The notes: a model not told the origin generated them from the sequence alone. Numbered from the stretch's first letter, positions 30,001 through 41,449 are shown. The stretch: DNA of 64,000 bases from Amoebophrya sp. A120 (GCA_905178155.1 CAJINV010000005.1:6041754-6105753), one strand, 5' to 3'. Numbers and translations are program-made.

Positions 30001-33000
30001 TTACAGTGAAACAGTTTTTTCTCACGATACACAGACCTGCTTGTCCAAAACCAGAATCTCGGTGAACGAAATCAAAACGTCAAAGAGCGAATTCTCCGTG
30101 TTGATGCTCGTTGCCCTACTCGTTGTACTGCTTCTTGTTTTAGAAGAAACTGTCGTGGCTCTACCACTACTTCCACTCGTTCGCAGGGTGCTGCTGGATA
30201 CACTGGTGACAAAGCTGCGTCTTTTTGCACCAGCAGTTGCTCCAGTTGTAGAAGTACCAGCAGAATGATGAAAATCACCGCCTTGATGCTGTTCCAAAAC
30301 CTGCATCGCCGTTTTCCCTTGCGCGGCCACCATTGCGGCGGTGGGCGGGAGCTCTCTGTGGGCCGGATGGGGAATAGTGGTCATGGGGTTGAAGAGTTTC
30401 CCGTTCTTCACCAAAGTGCGCATCATGGACAACCCACCATTCGGTCCGTCGGACATGAGCAATCTGACAGTGATACGCGGAAATTGCAGGGTGAGTTTGT
30501 CACCCAGGATCGTGTTCTGGAGATAATTGTGGAAGTTGTCATGCTGAAGCGACAATCCAGACGGCGTCGAGTTGTGGTCACCTGTCATAATTCCTGGAGC
30601 CAACCTTCCGATCTCGATTAGACTGTCGGAGATTTGAATTCCACTGGCGTAGTCGTGACCAGACTTCCAAAGAGCGTGATACAGTTCCTCGGATAAGTTC
30701 ACGTCAGGGGCCGTGTTGTTTTTCGCACTCTTGTGATCTACGTAGTGCAAAGCGATTTGCCCGCAGGTACACCAATTGGTGCTGGTTTCCGAGAACGAAG
30801 TTGTCTGCTGTTGCCTCAGAGAATCAAAAACCGGCTTCTCCCCCTGCCACTCCCTCAACCCGGGGACGACATCTCGCAACCTATGGATTGCAAAAGTATT
30901 GCACTCGTATAAATGGATGACAAATTCCCCTAGCATGCGAAATGAAATTTGTAATGCGGATTTATTACCTTGAGAAAAAAAATTGTAATGCATGACTGCG
31001 AATACGAGTACGATACTTTTACACAGGATACAACCGGGTGTTGGACAAAATCTGCTCAAAATCCAGATTCGCGTCGTAGTCGAAGGGGGCGAAAAGTTTT
31101 TTCAACAGCTCAAAATCGGAGTTGAACCAGCGATCTAAAGTCTATCCACAGAAAAAAACCCATCCACATCCATTCTTGGCATGACAAACAAATTAATGAC
31201 TTGATACGTGTTTTGCATGACAAATTGGATGTGGATGGGTTTTTTTCTGTGCATAAAGTCTCCTGAATTTCCGAGGTGCGAAACCGGGTGTCGAGCTGGA
31301 TTTTGTTCGCGTGGACCAGTAGGACGGAGGAATTGTCGACAGAGTTTTTCCGCAAAAATATGCCGCGGTCTCTCGCCAATTCTTTCCGTCCTTGCGCGCC
31401 GCCGGTCGCAACAGTAGTAGACACAGCTCCACCAGCACTGCCATTTCCACTTTCTTCAACAGCATGATCTGAGTGGTCCTGGTTCAGCGTGACCAGAATT
31501 TCCTCCACATCCAGAGCGAAAAACGGCACAATTGGCTCGGTCTGCTTCCGTAATTTTTCATTCTTCTCCCACTCCAAAATCGATTCGACCAGAGATTTCG
31601 GAAATTTGTATTCGCTGTTGTCGTACACATACCCGGTTCCGTTCACCGCTCTCCGCGTGTTGCTCCTTTTCGTCGCAAGAAAAAACTGTTCCACTGCGAA
31701 CTTGTGATGCAGAAAGTGGATCGCAGAAGTGTGTGTCACGCTACACATGCAAGACAGTGGATTTCTAGCTGTGTTTTCCCGTAGGAACCCCGCATGGCAA
31801 ATTTCCGTTGTCATGTAAAACAAAATTGTGATGCAATACTTGCAAAATCCTTACAGTGAAACGCTTTTTTCGTAGGATACTTTTCAACTCGTCAACAATG
31901 TGGGTTCCCGAGTCTTCCGCGTACCATTCGTCGTCCTCTTCTAATTGAACGATAATTTTCTTCTCGTGCATGATCCCAGCACTCCCGGCGGTCGGGCTGA
32001 GACTGTCACTGTCTGCGCCGTCGTGGTGGACATGATCATGATCCATGGCGGAATCGATGTTGTCGTGGTCGTATTCCTATTCTGTACAAAAGTATCGTAC
32101 TTGTTACTCGTAGTAATCGCAGTCATGCATTACATTTCTCCATCCCAAGGTGAAAGAGCATGACAATTTCTATTTCTCATGCTGGCCGAATTTGTAATGC
32201 GATTTCTACTAGTACGATGCTTTTGCAATGCATAATTCCGATTCTAATTCCTTCGTCATGGCGAGAATCCTTTCCTCGGCGACCTTCTCGGAGATAGCCT
32301 GGCCGGCCGAGGAGAAGAAGGAGCTGAAGTAGCCTTGTATGCAATACAAATTTCCCGCACATGTACAAAATGCACCACAAATTTCCCTAAGACACTTGTC
32401 ATGCTGATTAAGATTGAAGGCGAGTTTTGTCATGCAAAAATAACCAGGAGCATTTGCACGTGAACGCGAAGGCGAAATATACTGGGGATACCTTGATGGC
32501 TCTCTGGTGCAGAAGCTGCAGTCCCCCCGTCGGAGGGAGTGGGCGTGTTGGTCAACGACGAGCCTCGAATTATGCGACGGCCCCCGGGAGATACATTAGA
32601 CGGCGACAAATCGTGGTCATCACGTGTGGAGCCACGGACACTCGGGCTACGGGATGGCACGGCACTCACAGCGCCACTTTGACGACCGGAGGAGACTGGG
32701 CCAGAATTACTACTAGATCCTGCTGGTGCATATTGCCCGTAGTTCACCATCACCGGTCTTCTGTACCCGTCTTCCAACATCTCAATGATGTCCATCCCAT
32801 CTCCTTCTTCGCTGTGCTCGGCGAGGAACGTGCCTAAAACGATTTTCAACACCGGCCGGATCTGCAGAAACGCCTTCCCCGTGAAAAACAAATCCTTGAT
32901 CACTGTTGGGCTGCCAGAAAACTTATCAGACGTGAAGATCCAATTCTTTTGCCCGGTGTTCGGAAGAAGCTCTGCGATTTTCGTGATGGTGGGCGTTTTG

Positions 33001-36000
33001 TTCGCAGAAGTTGTTGTGTTGTTTTCGCCACTAGTTCCGGCTTTCTTCACTGATTCTTTCGAAATCTCTTCTAGCAAAACCGCCGGCCCTTCTACCGCCA
33101 CCTGCTTTCCCTGGAGAAAGGATTTGCAATAAGTCACCCGCAGCCCGTCAGCACTTATACGCCAATGGGTGGATTTAGTTGGGTCTGTGCCTTTTAGTAA
33201 GCGGGAGGTGGAGGAAAAGAAATGTTTATTATTGTGCGCGACGGCGACGCTAGTAGCCGCGCCGCTGGTCGTTTTCGAATGCTTGTTCATCTGCAGGTAG
33301 AAGTTCTTGCTGTCCTTTGAAGACTGAAATACACCACTATTCTGACCAAAGAATATCCCACGAAAAAACTGTTTCACTGTGATGATTTTGCAAGATCTGC
33401 ATCACAAGTTTCTTTACACATGACGCAGAAAATTTGGCATGCGCGCTTCCAAAGGGAAAACACCGCTCAATAGTCAAGATCTTGCACGTGTAGCAAGACA
33501 AATAGTTCTGTGTTCCATTCTATGCATCACAAGTTCACAGTGAAACAGTTTTTTCTTGCGATAAAGAACGTGTCATCGTCAATCACCGGAGGGGAGAAGC
33601 TGCCGTCGTTAGCGTCAGCGAAACTCTCCGCGGTTTTGAAAAGCGGCACGCCACTCTGCAATTTTGTGGTGATATTGCTGCCTTCGTTTTGATGTTCCCC
33701 GAGTTCTTGTAGTTGCTCCCTCGGCGTTGTCATTTCTAGCTCTTCCCTCTCCGGATCGTGGATCGGGATTCGGTAAGAGTCCATGAAATCGTCGATTAAA
33801 TTTTCGTCGTCGTCATCATGGAACTCATCACCCTCACCTCGTCGTCGCTCCTTCCCGAGCTGCTGCATCATCATCCTTTCCTGCCTCTGCTGTTCAAAAG
33901 CCCACTTTCTCCTCGCTTTTTCTTTGCAAGCGCAGTTGCAAAGGCGGTCCCCCGGGATTAAATCTGCGGTCAGTTCCGGAATGAAAACCTCCACATGCTG
34001 GTAGAGAATAAAACGCCACCCTGGTGTTGTCGGGTTCTGTCGGTTTTTCTCGAGTTTCGCAAGGACGGAAATTGGTAGGACAGTGCTTGATGTCGTGCTA
34101 GTACTACCATCTTGTTGCGGCGTCTTTGACGGTTGTTTGGAAGAACCCAAAGATGAAGCAAAAACCGGTCGTTTCGCTTTCTTCATCACTGTGTTCCACC
34201 TGTTATTCGAGCAGTGATACAGCCCGACGTTCCCCAGTACCCTCTCCATCTCCGTGGGGAGTTTTAGATCCTTGCTGGCGGACGCTGACACCGGTACTTC
34301 GAACTCCAATCGCGCTTGAATCTCGCTGTCATGAGGCGCTGATGCGTCGCTGTCGGGGTAGTAGTCCGAGAGCTGAAGCTTTTGTTCCGTGGCGGCTATC
34401 TCTACGAGTCGGGGCGGGGGTTTTGTGCCAGAGGATAGCGAAGCGGAAGATGATCCTGGTCCAGTGTTAGTAGCAGCACTACCTCCGTCAACAGTTGTTC
34501 CTACCGTCGAGGATGTTGTCGATAACGCAGGAGCTCCACCACCACTACTTATCCGGAAAAACGACAACACCGCGTGCGCCGGGCGCCAGAGAGACGTTGG
34601 CACACCGAACCCAGCTTTATCGACGTGATGCGCAGGAGCGCCAGCATCGGATGCAGCTTGTTTTCCATTTCCCGCACGACCTCCTGTGATAATTCCCTTC
34701 TCATACTTCCGTACTTTCTCGACGAACTCCTTTTCCGAAGCTAGAGCGCGCAAATCCAAAACATAGTTCGTCGCAATCCGGTTCTCCATCTCATGTAGCT
34801 CCGCCTTCGCATAGCCGAACAAGTCCTGCATGGACCCGCTAAACCCGAAGTGGTAGTCGGAGTAAAGTATGGAAGCCTCAGAATGGAAATCCTCAAAGTG
34901 GAAATGATTTGTGATGCATGAAATGCGACACCAAAAAGACTGTGTTGCAGAGAACGCAATGGAGGCCGATTATTGTGCTTCTACGGGTTCAGAATTGGGC
35001 TGCTGATTAGCACGAGAGACGGGCACCCCTTTGCCTAACTAGCATGACAGACACGTTTTAAGTGCCCGGGAAATTTGTCATGCGCCGACTAGAAATGGTG
35101 CTTCGACTGGAGTCGTTTTTTTGCATCGCAAATTATATTCCACTTTGAGGATTTCCATTCTGAGGCTGTCATATAAAGCAGCAAATACTTCCTCGCCAAC
35201 TCTTCCGTCGGCGGCTTCAGCATCTCCTTGGGCGTCCCGAGGCCATACTGTGGCAAAGACATGATCTTCAACACTTGCGTGTACCAGAGGACCATGAGAC
35301 ACCTCCTTCCGTAGACCAAATGGTGAACGTAGTCGGTGAGAGACTCTTTGAGCGTGAACAGAGACTGAGATTTTGATGTTCCAGAACTAGTCAGGAGGCC
35401 CCCGCTTACGTGGTTCTTTTCCGACCGCAGAATCTTCAAGTTCACCCCCATGCCCGGATCTAAATTTCGCGATTTCCCAATGTAGAACTTGCTCCACTGC
35501 TTTAACAGAATCTCCATCTTTATCGGTTGATTCGTGATCCGCCAGTGCGAATTGTCGAAGTCCCCGCGCCAGAGATTCGTCTCCAAGTTCGTGCCCCAGG
35601 GAGGGAGAGGAGGGGAGGAAGAAGTAGATGTAGAATTATGTGCATGATAGTCCCTTGCCTGCTTTTCCTGCTGTTCCACGGTCGGCCAGGTACCGAAATA
35701 CGCGTCGACGTCGCGACAGAGGATGAGCTTCACCCACAAGTCGAGGTTATCCCGCGCTTTTTTGTCGAAACACGTCGCGTCGGAATAGGATTCGGAGAGG
35801 AACTCCTTCGCGTTTGCGGAAGATTTATTCGGAACTCCACCTGGTCCCCCGGTCGTGCTGGACGAAGTTCGGATGTTTAGTTTAGAACTACCTGCAGACG
35901 ACGATACAACCCCGGTAGAAGAGGCGGCATAAGGATTCTGGAAGTTCACACAAGCCCGGCATGGCCGATCCCAGGTGCACTCGTCATCTGATGTGGTGAT

Positions 36001-38050
36001 GATGTCGTGAAATCATTTTCATTCATCCGCGCATCCAAAAATAAAGAGCGCGAGCATTCGCATTGCAATCAAAACTATTAACAAAACTCTTCATCTATAC
36101 TCCCCGTCTCTTTCTGTCCGCAACACCACCGCATTTTCCTCCCTATGCATTGCAAATATGTCTGGGTCGGGAAGAGTGCAAACTTGTGATGCGCATTTCA
36201 CAAGACACACAAATCTCTCATGCACAGGTAGCATAAGTCCCCCACTTTCTGCCACCAAAATGGGGGATTTGCCATGCGGATTAGGCATTGCGGAGCCTTG
36301 ACCTTCTCGAGACCTGTGATGCTAGGGCTTCCATGCCAGGAGACCTTCTGTGTCATACAAAAACAGCATGACTCTTCCAGACCACCAGGACATATTTGCA
36401 TTTGATACTCCCACTGCTCGCCCCATTCTCCCCGTAGTACTCCCCCTCCGGTCGGACCAGCTTGCAATCCGATATGGCGCTCTCAATCGTTCTTACATTC
36501 TCAAGTGTTACATGAATTTGTGATGCAAGAATGGCAAAATTGAAAGGAAAACGCTTGCGCCTCTTGCATTACAGCTTTGCTGGCGCAGATTCATCTCAGC
36601 CCGTTTGGCCCTTCGAGTATTTGTCATGCGAAGCAGCTTGACCGGCGTGTGGATCCTGATTGTAAACTTGCATGACAAATTCGGGTAACAGTTGAGAATG
36701 TAACGTTTGAGAACACCATATCCGAGTTCACCAAGTTTTCCTCTGGATCGGAGAAGGATAAATACTTTATCCGAACCGCAAAAAACACCTTGCCCGAATC
36801 CAAGGAGAAATTCCTTGGGCAGTCATATGCATTGCAAAAAGCATCGTGCTCGTAGTATTGCAATACAAATTAGGTCAGCATGAGCATGACAAACAAAATT
36901 TTTTGTCACAGCATGGAAAACAAAATTTGTCATGCTGATGTAGCTTAAAAAATAAATTTGTCTTGCATGACTGCAATTAGTACGAGTAAGATGCTTTTGC
37001 ATGCACAGGATAAGTCGTCCAAAATCACCACATTCGCCTCGTGGACGGTCAGCCGCATGTACCGTTTCATCTTGATGAGCAACGCCTGGATCTGGTTAGG
37101 CTTTTTCTTGAAGTAGTCGGAGAGGAATCTTTGTTTGTATTTCTTCGCATATTCTGCCATCCTCCTCGCCTTCTCGTCCCATTTCGACGGCGGCAGGAAC
37201 TTCAACTCCAAGTGCACTCCGTGCACGTCGATTTCGAAGGGTTCTTTCTTCGGGGAGGTACTAGTACTTGTTCCGGCTTGATGTTCTTCTCCCTCCGTGT
37301 TTTCAAGTAAAGTCTCCCACTTGAACCTGACCGAGATCTTCCTGTATGGGAGTGTCAGGATTGATCGACAAAGTTGAAATGATTTGTAATGCATAAAATC
37401 GATACCAGTTAGAAGCCGAGCCCAGTTTCCAAGCGGTGCATGACAAATTTCGGCACCGTCTAAATCCAGTTTGTCATGCTGTTTAGGGACAGAAGGCGTC
37501 TTTTGTCATGCTACTTTAGCAGCTCTCTCGCAGACCCCAAACAGGCTGACCGTCGGCCTCACTTGCCATCCCTGCAAGAGAGGCACTGCATGCCTTCGCC
37601 TTGCAATTCCTGCATGAGAAATTATTTCAACTTTGACGATTTCAATCCTGACACTCCCATATCCTGATCGTCCCGCGCACCACCGTGAAGGGAAGAACAT
37701 CTGCGAAGAGGAGGGATAACAGCTCATCCGACAGCTTCACGTTCCACAATTCGATTGTCTATGGAGTGCAAAAGTATCGTGGTACTCGTATAAATGCATG
37801 ACAAATTCCCTCAGCATGAGAAATTAAATGCATTTGTAATGCGGATTTACCTTAAGAAAAGGATTTGTAATGCATGAGTGCAATACGAAGACGATACTTT
37901 TGCACAGGATATTGTCGGCCGGTCTTTGAAAAACTCGCCGGAAAAATTATTACCCCAATCGATTCCAATCGCTTTCTTCAGTAGCTTCTTCACAATCGGC
38001 AGGCGGAGGGCGAACACGCCTCCTAAGGAGGCGAAAAACTTGGAGGACAT
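1..38050 (-). CDS. VPS13: Giant VPS13-family (chorein) bridge-like lipid transfer protein; multi-exon, 3' end runs off the left edge
   Basis: After removing 28 introners and one GT-AG intron, the frame is continuous from ATG 38050 to position 1. The N-terminus reads IELWNVKLSDELL..LPFTVVRGTIRKISVRFKWETL (Chorein_N-like). VAB/SHR-BD-like repeat cores are present: GFTLLNQTRAALEI, VMIYNHTGVPFQV, ELKNKLPFPIVV, FYTPFLLENRTKMHL. Long S/T/G-rich insertions lie between these blocks. Confidence 0.85.
151..306. mobile_element. Introner family A (non-canonical intron in VPS13)
   Basis: TIR tatcctgtgcaaaagtatcgtactcgta / tactagtacgatgcttttgcacaggata; 5-bp DR agtag; removal restores the frame. Confidence 0.9.
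343..656. mobile_element. Introner family B
   Basis: TIR tatgggagtgtcaggatcgaaatcgtcagagttgaaat; DR ctact; junction KASSRKS. Confidence 0.9.
2901..3162. mobile_element. Introner family C
   Basis: TIR tatcaactgtaaaaatgtctgggtctggaa; DR gtccg; junction LKSGLPYNH. Confidence 0.9.
5924..6081. mobile_element. Introner family A
   Basis: catcctgtgcaaaag...gcagttcata; DR tgttt; junction EISKQDE. Confidence 0.88.
9221..9331. mobile_element. Introner family D (about 110 bp)
   Basis: TIR tatcccctgaaaattaacca / tggttaattttcagggaata; DR catcc; junction PNWMRDL. Confidence 0.9.
13455..14005 (-). other. Split MIB/HERC2-like domain within VPS13
   Basis: GLIVQRA..DWCWGNED, then after a low-complexity insert GKGKVVAV..CSVQWFNSDETFSHYRIGRHGKFDL, matching the MIB/HERC2 pattern DWxWGxQD...VxW...YRxGxxGxxDL. 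Confidence 0.7.
14788..15057. mobile_element. Introner family C
   Basis: Family C TIRs; DR ggtga; junction YDVTTNS. Confidence 0.9.
15110..15331. mobile_element. Introner family E
   Basis: TIR tatgacagcgcacaactccccctccccctcat; DR tcaaa; junction LKDLKR. Confidence 0.9.
16111..16418. mobile_element. Introner family B
   Basis: Family B TIRs; DR ccgtg; junction GCTVLID. Confidence 0.9.
18039..18275. mobile_element. Introner family F
   Basis: TIR tatggggctctcaaacgttacattctcaagtgttacatg; DR ctgcg; junction ATSQGRT. Confidence 0.9.
21267..21524. mobile_element. Introner family C
   Basis: Family C TIRs; DR gtgga; junction FVSTTWA. Confidence 0.9.
22642..22797. mobile_element. Introner family G
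   Basis: tatccacaggaaatttcccgtgcacgtgcaaa / tttgtacatgtacaggaaatttgtattgcata; DR tgtga; junction PKLTDES. Confidence 0.88.
24252..24401. mobile_element. Introner family A
   Basis: Family A TIRs; DR aatct; junction SVQIFDV. Confidence 0.9.
25198..25460. mobile_element. Introner family C
   Basis: Family C TIRs; DR aaatg; junction FSILPDC. Confidence 0.9.
25645..25953. mobile_element. Introner family B
   Basis: Family B TIRs; DR ggtaa; junction LDLPLLV. Confidence 0.9.
27292..27444. mobile_element. Introner family A
   Basis: tatgaactgcaaaa...ttttgcacaggata; DR tagca; junction DPATTS. Confidence 0.9.
29820..30029. mobile_element. Introner family H
   Basis: TIR tatcccacgaaaaaactgtttcactgt; DR cacag; junction QVCAVN. 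Confidence 0.9.
30882..31030. mobile_element. Introner family A
   Basis: Family A TIRs; DR caacc; junction SNTRLRD. Confidence 0.9.
31143..31255. mobile_element. Introner family D
   Basis: TIR tatccacagaaaaaaacccatccacatcca; DR aagtc; junction QETLDRW. Confidence 0.9.
31671..31879. mobile_element. Introner family H, opposite orientation to the copies at 29820 and 33354
   Basis: Reverse-complement match to family H; left terminus decayed to cgt; DR ctttt; junction ELKRSN. Confidence 0.88.
32078..32234. mobile_element. Introner family A
   Basis: Family A TIRs; DR attcc; junction LESEYDH. Confidence 0.9.
32338..32490. mobile_element. Introner family G, opposite orientation to the copy at 22642
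   Basis: tatgcaatacaaatttcccgcacatgtacaaaa...ggggata; DR ccttg; junction SHQGYF. Confidence 0.87.
33354..33563. mobile_element. Introner family H
   Basis: Family H TIRs; DR aagaa; junction DTFFGQ. Confidence 0.9.
34868..35173. mobile_element. Introner family B variant
   Basis: TIR tatggaagcctcagaatggaaatcctcaaagtggaa; DR taaag; junction LLLYSDY. Confidence 0.9.
35988..36100 (-). other. Conventional GT-AG intron in VPS13
   Basis: Donor gtatag, acceptor catcag; no TIR or DR; removal gives in-frame ETGNDECTW. Confidence 0.75.
36144..36407. mobile_element. Introner family C
   Basis: Family C TIRs; DR ctccc; junction SSGRKM. Confidence 0.88.
36473..36720. mobile_element. Introner family F
   Basis: Family F TIRs; DR tccga; junction VNSDCKL. 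Confidence 0.9.
36826..37012. mobile_element. Introner family A
   Basis: Family A TIRs; DR agtca/agtcg; junction LDDCPR. Confidence 0.87.
37345..37661. mobile_element. Introner family B
   Basis: Family B TIRs; DR tcctg; junction GTIRKIS. Confidence 0.9.
37760..37911. mobile_element. Introner family A
   Basis: Family A TIRs; DR ttgtc; junction RPTIELW. Confidence 0.9.
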
Positions 38051-38803
38051 GGTAGGTTTGTGGCTTGTGGCTCGCCTACTCTACGAGGAAGGATGTGAAC
38101 TGTTCAAATGTCGGCAAAAAAGTCCTCCTCGTCCTGCAGACGAGGCAGTATGGTTATGACCTACATCCTGGGTGGGGGGTCGCCTATGGGAAAAGAAAGT
38201 ATGTAGTTGAGTCAAATCACCACATCAAAAATTTGACTCGTCGTCAGTGGTATCTGAAAAAATTTGACGCACGACGGCACAGCGGTATCTGAAACCAAGA
38301 AAACACACTTCCACATCTGGTACCAGACAGAGCGGAACAAACAAAAGCTACGATTTCAAACCGGGATTGGAAACGATCAAAGCGACTTGCTCAGTTGGCT
38401 CCACCACATCACGATCGTTCAACAAACGGAAAAAGTTTAAAGAGGAGCGAATCAGGAGACAAAGCAAGATGAGAACATGTTCGTGCCGTCGTGAAGGAAC
38501 TACCGTGCGTTTGTTCCTCGTTTGGTCCTCCGGCTTGCTGAGCTATTCTTGTTTTCGTGTTGGTTTTTTTTTAAAGATGCTGACACGTCAGGTGAAATCG
38601 TGTTCCTCCTCGTGGTTCTCCTGTAGATCCTCTACTTGTGTGATCAAACAGCGCGGGGTAAGTGCTTACTACTGCGAGCGAAAGGTAATTGCGTCCACCT
38701 GTGAAAGATGTTCCTCAAGATCTTCAGCAGGTATGCGTACAGGGTCTGTTCTTCCAGAGCACCTTCTACTTCTTCCGCTTCTTGTTGACCACCACCGCCA
38801 TTA

Positions 38804-40581
38804 CTACATCCCGTACACAATGCTCAAAAACGTCCGCCCGTCCACGTTGAAGCCCTGCAACTCTTGCAAACAGCGCTTCGCGTGGTCTTCGTGCCTGAAT
38901 TCCACCTTCATGCGCTTTTGCGTCGTGAAGACCTGAAGTTCCTCCAATCCAGGGTACTGCTCGAACAGTGGTCGCATAATTTCCTCGGTCAAAAACTCGG
39001 TTAAATTGTCGATGATCAGCGTGCAGGTTGGGTCGCCAACCTGGGAGTTTTATTTTGCACATACGGGATGTACGGTTACTATTTACATGCTGCATCAGAG
39101 ATGCGTTTTCTACTTAAGCGGCAAGCTGCTGCAGAAACCCTCTCCTATCACGAAAAAAGACACATTATGCTCAAAAAAGCTAGAATATGAATACGTCCTG
39201 TCCGCTCATCGTTTTTGTTCCTGCCAAAAATCCTGCTTGCCCACTCAACTGCACCGCTGCCTTGTTTTTGATCGTGATTTGCTTCGCTGAGTTCGCGGAT
39301 TCCGCCACTTTCTGTCTTTTCGCCGAAGCGCCAATCATTTCAATCTTTCCCTCTTTGATCATTGCATTATCAGCTGCAAATATATCTGGGTCTGGAAGAT
39401 GAATGGAAGGTTTGTCATGCAGGTTTTGGATGCCCCAGAAGGTCTGGAATTATACGGGTCTAGCATCACAAATCTTAAGAAGGCTTCCCAATTATGCCTG
39501 ATCCGCATGAGAGTAGATCCCCTGTCCTTTCGGTCACAAGAAATGGGCATGCTTTATTGCTGTCCATGCATGAGAGATTTTCCTTTGCTGTGAACTGCGC
39601 ATCACAAGTTGATTGCAACATCCTTCCAGACCCAGATCGATATTTGCAATGCATATGCCTCGATGGATTTCGACTTCGCAAACTGCACGTACATATCCTG
39701 TGCAAAAGCATCGCACTCGTATAAATGCAAGTCTTGCATTACAAATCTTGGCCCCAAGGCAAATCTGCATTACAAATCTCGTTTCTCATGCTGAGGAAAT
39801 TTGTAATGCATTTATACCAGTGCGATACTTTTGCAGTTCATAGTACAAATCCCGCCCGAAAAACGGGAAGCCGTGGAGCCTTATCCTGTGCAAAAGTATC
39901 GTAGTCGTACTAATCGCATTCATGCATTACAAATTTCTTCCTCAAGTTAAATCCGCATTACAAATTTTATTTCTCACGGTGAGGAAATTTGTCATGCGAT
40001 TTATACTAGTGCGATGCTTTTGCATTTCATAAGCCTCGCTTTCGCCTGATTTGCGTTCATGTAATCGTCGAAGCAAACGAAGGCGATGGTCTTCATCAAT
40101 TGTTGTGGTTTGTCGTACTGTTTCCCGGTAACCGCGTTTTTCCCGATCGTCTTGGTCGTGATCCGCTTCTTGTTGATCACGATGGAAAAAATTTCCCCGA
40201 ACGGGTTGCAGAGCTCGTAGAGGTATGGATGGTAAAAGTGTCTGGGTCTGCAAGAGTCATGCTGTTCTTGCATGACACAGAAGGTCTGGTATGGGAGCAG
40301 TAGCATCACAGTTTTCGAGAAACTTTCGCAATGCCGAATCCGCATGACAAATCCCCCAGTTTGGTGGCAGAAACTGAGCAGCTTTGGCTACCTATGCATG
40401 AGAGATTTTTCTGTGTCCTGAAATGCGCATCACAAGTTTGCACTCTTCCAGACCCAGACATTTTTACATTTGATAAGAGGGCGTGTTGTAGGTCGTCTCT
40501 CTTGACGGACTGATCAATGTTGCCGAAGAACAGGGTTTGCTGGTCCTCCTCGGCCTTCCATTTTGGGGCCAGGTGGGTCAT
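38804..40581 (-). CDS. SNRPB2: U1A/U2B''(SNF)-family spliceosomal two-RRM protein (paralogue identity uncertain)
   Basis: Spliced product: TLFFGNIDQSVKRDDLQHALYELCNPFG...IAFVCF..ARLHGFPFFGRDLYVQFAKSKS (RRM1) and PTCTLIIDNL..LFEQYPGLEE..VEF..LQGFNV (RRM2), matching U1A/U2B'' signatures. Contains four introners and a GT-AG intron at 39041-39194. Confidence 0.85.
39368..39655. mobile_element. Introner family C
   Basis: Family C TIRs; DR tgcat/tgcct; junction IEAMIKE. Confidence 0.87.
39694..39842. mobile_element. Introner family A
   Basis: DR gtaca; junction DLYVQFAK. Confidence 0.9.
39882..40031. mobile_element. Introner family A
   Basis: DR agcct; junction ARLHGFPF. Confidence 0.9.
40224..40475. 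mobile_element. Introner family C
   Basis: DR agagg; junction HALYEL. Confidence 0.9.
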
Positions 40582-41449
40582 TTTCGTGGTTTTAGTTTTT
40601 TACTAGTGGAGCTTTATAGAGGTATGAAGGTCGATCTTTCCTCGTTCAATCAGGTGACACTAGTACGGTACTGACAAAGACTGTATAGAATAAAATGATG
40701 AAACTACTAGTCGCACTATCACACACTTACGTTGTACTAGTTGCCTACATGTGATTTCCGCTTTGCCCAATCACCAAAATGCCTCAAGACTGTCAAATAT
40801 CAAGAGAAAGGATTCAGCACCTTTTTTGTGTACAATGAAAAACTAAAAGATCTTGTTGATCGAAAAAATGGGATCAACTGCTGTGCAGGGACGAGAGAAC
40901 CCTTTCTAGTAATTTCTCCTATGTCCTCGCGATTGATGAAAAGAGATCGTAGCTTTCGTTTCGACGGAGTTGAAAAAACTGGAACTACGGCACAGATTCT
41001 TTATGAGCGAATAGCAAGCTACTGCTATTCGTTTATGTAAATCGGAATCAATGAGGATCTACTTTTTTCTTCGTTCCACTGCTCGCAATTAGGTATTCTT
41101 TCCTTCCGTGAACGTGATCTATATCTTCACAAAGATCCTAAATTTCTGCAGCAGTGCAACAATCTAGGAACAAAGAGCGTGACGACACAGGCGTGATGAG
41201 CGAAAAAGGGCCTCACGTTGAAAAGTTTCTTGTTTTAATTTGCGCTGTCGTGATGATGTGTCGCCTTTAAGCATGTGTCGCTCGTGCAAGTGCATCGTTT
41301 GTCGCTGATGCAACTGCAAGTTGAACATACATAATCATAAGCTCATACTGCTCTGAGGAGCAAAATGAAATGCTGGACTGCCAGCCGCTCCAGATGCGTA
41401 CGTACTGACCTCGTTTATCATTATCAAGCCCACTTCAATCATCTGAGTC

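Noticed and set aside
566-35949. Long minus-strand ORFs treated as separate genes
   Set aside because: Their starts and stops fall in or next to introners, and element removal joins them in one frame.
558-37878. Numerous plus-strand ORFs of 60-230 aa
   Set aside because: They are antisense shadows of VPS13 exons or read through introners, with no recognisable domains.
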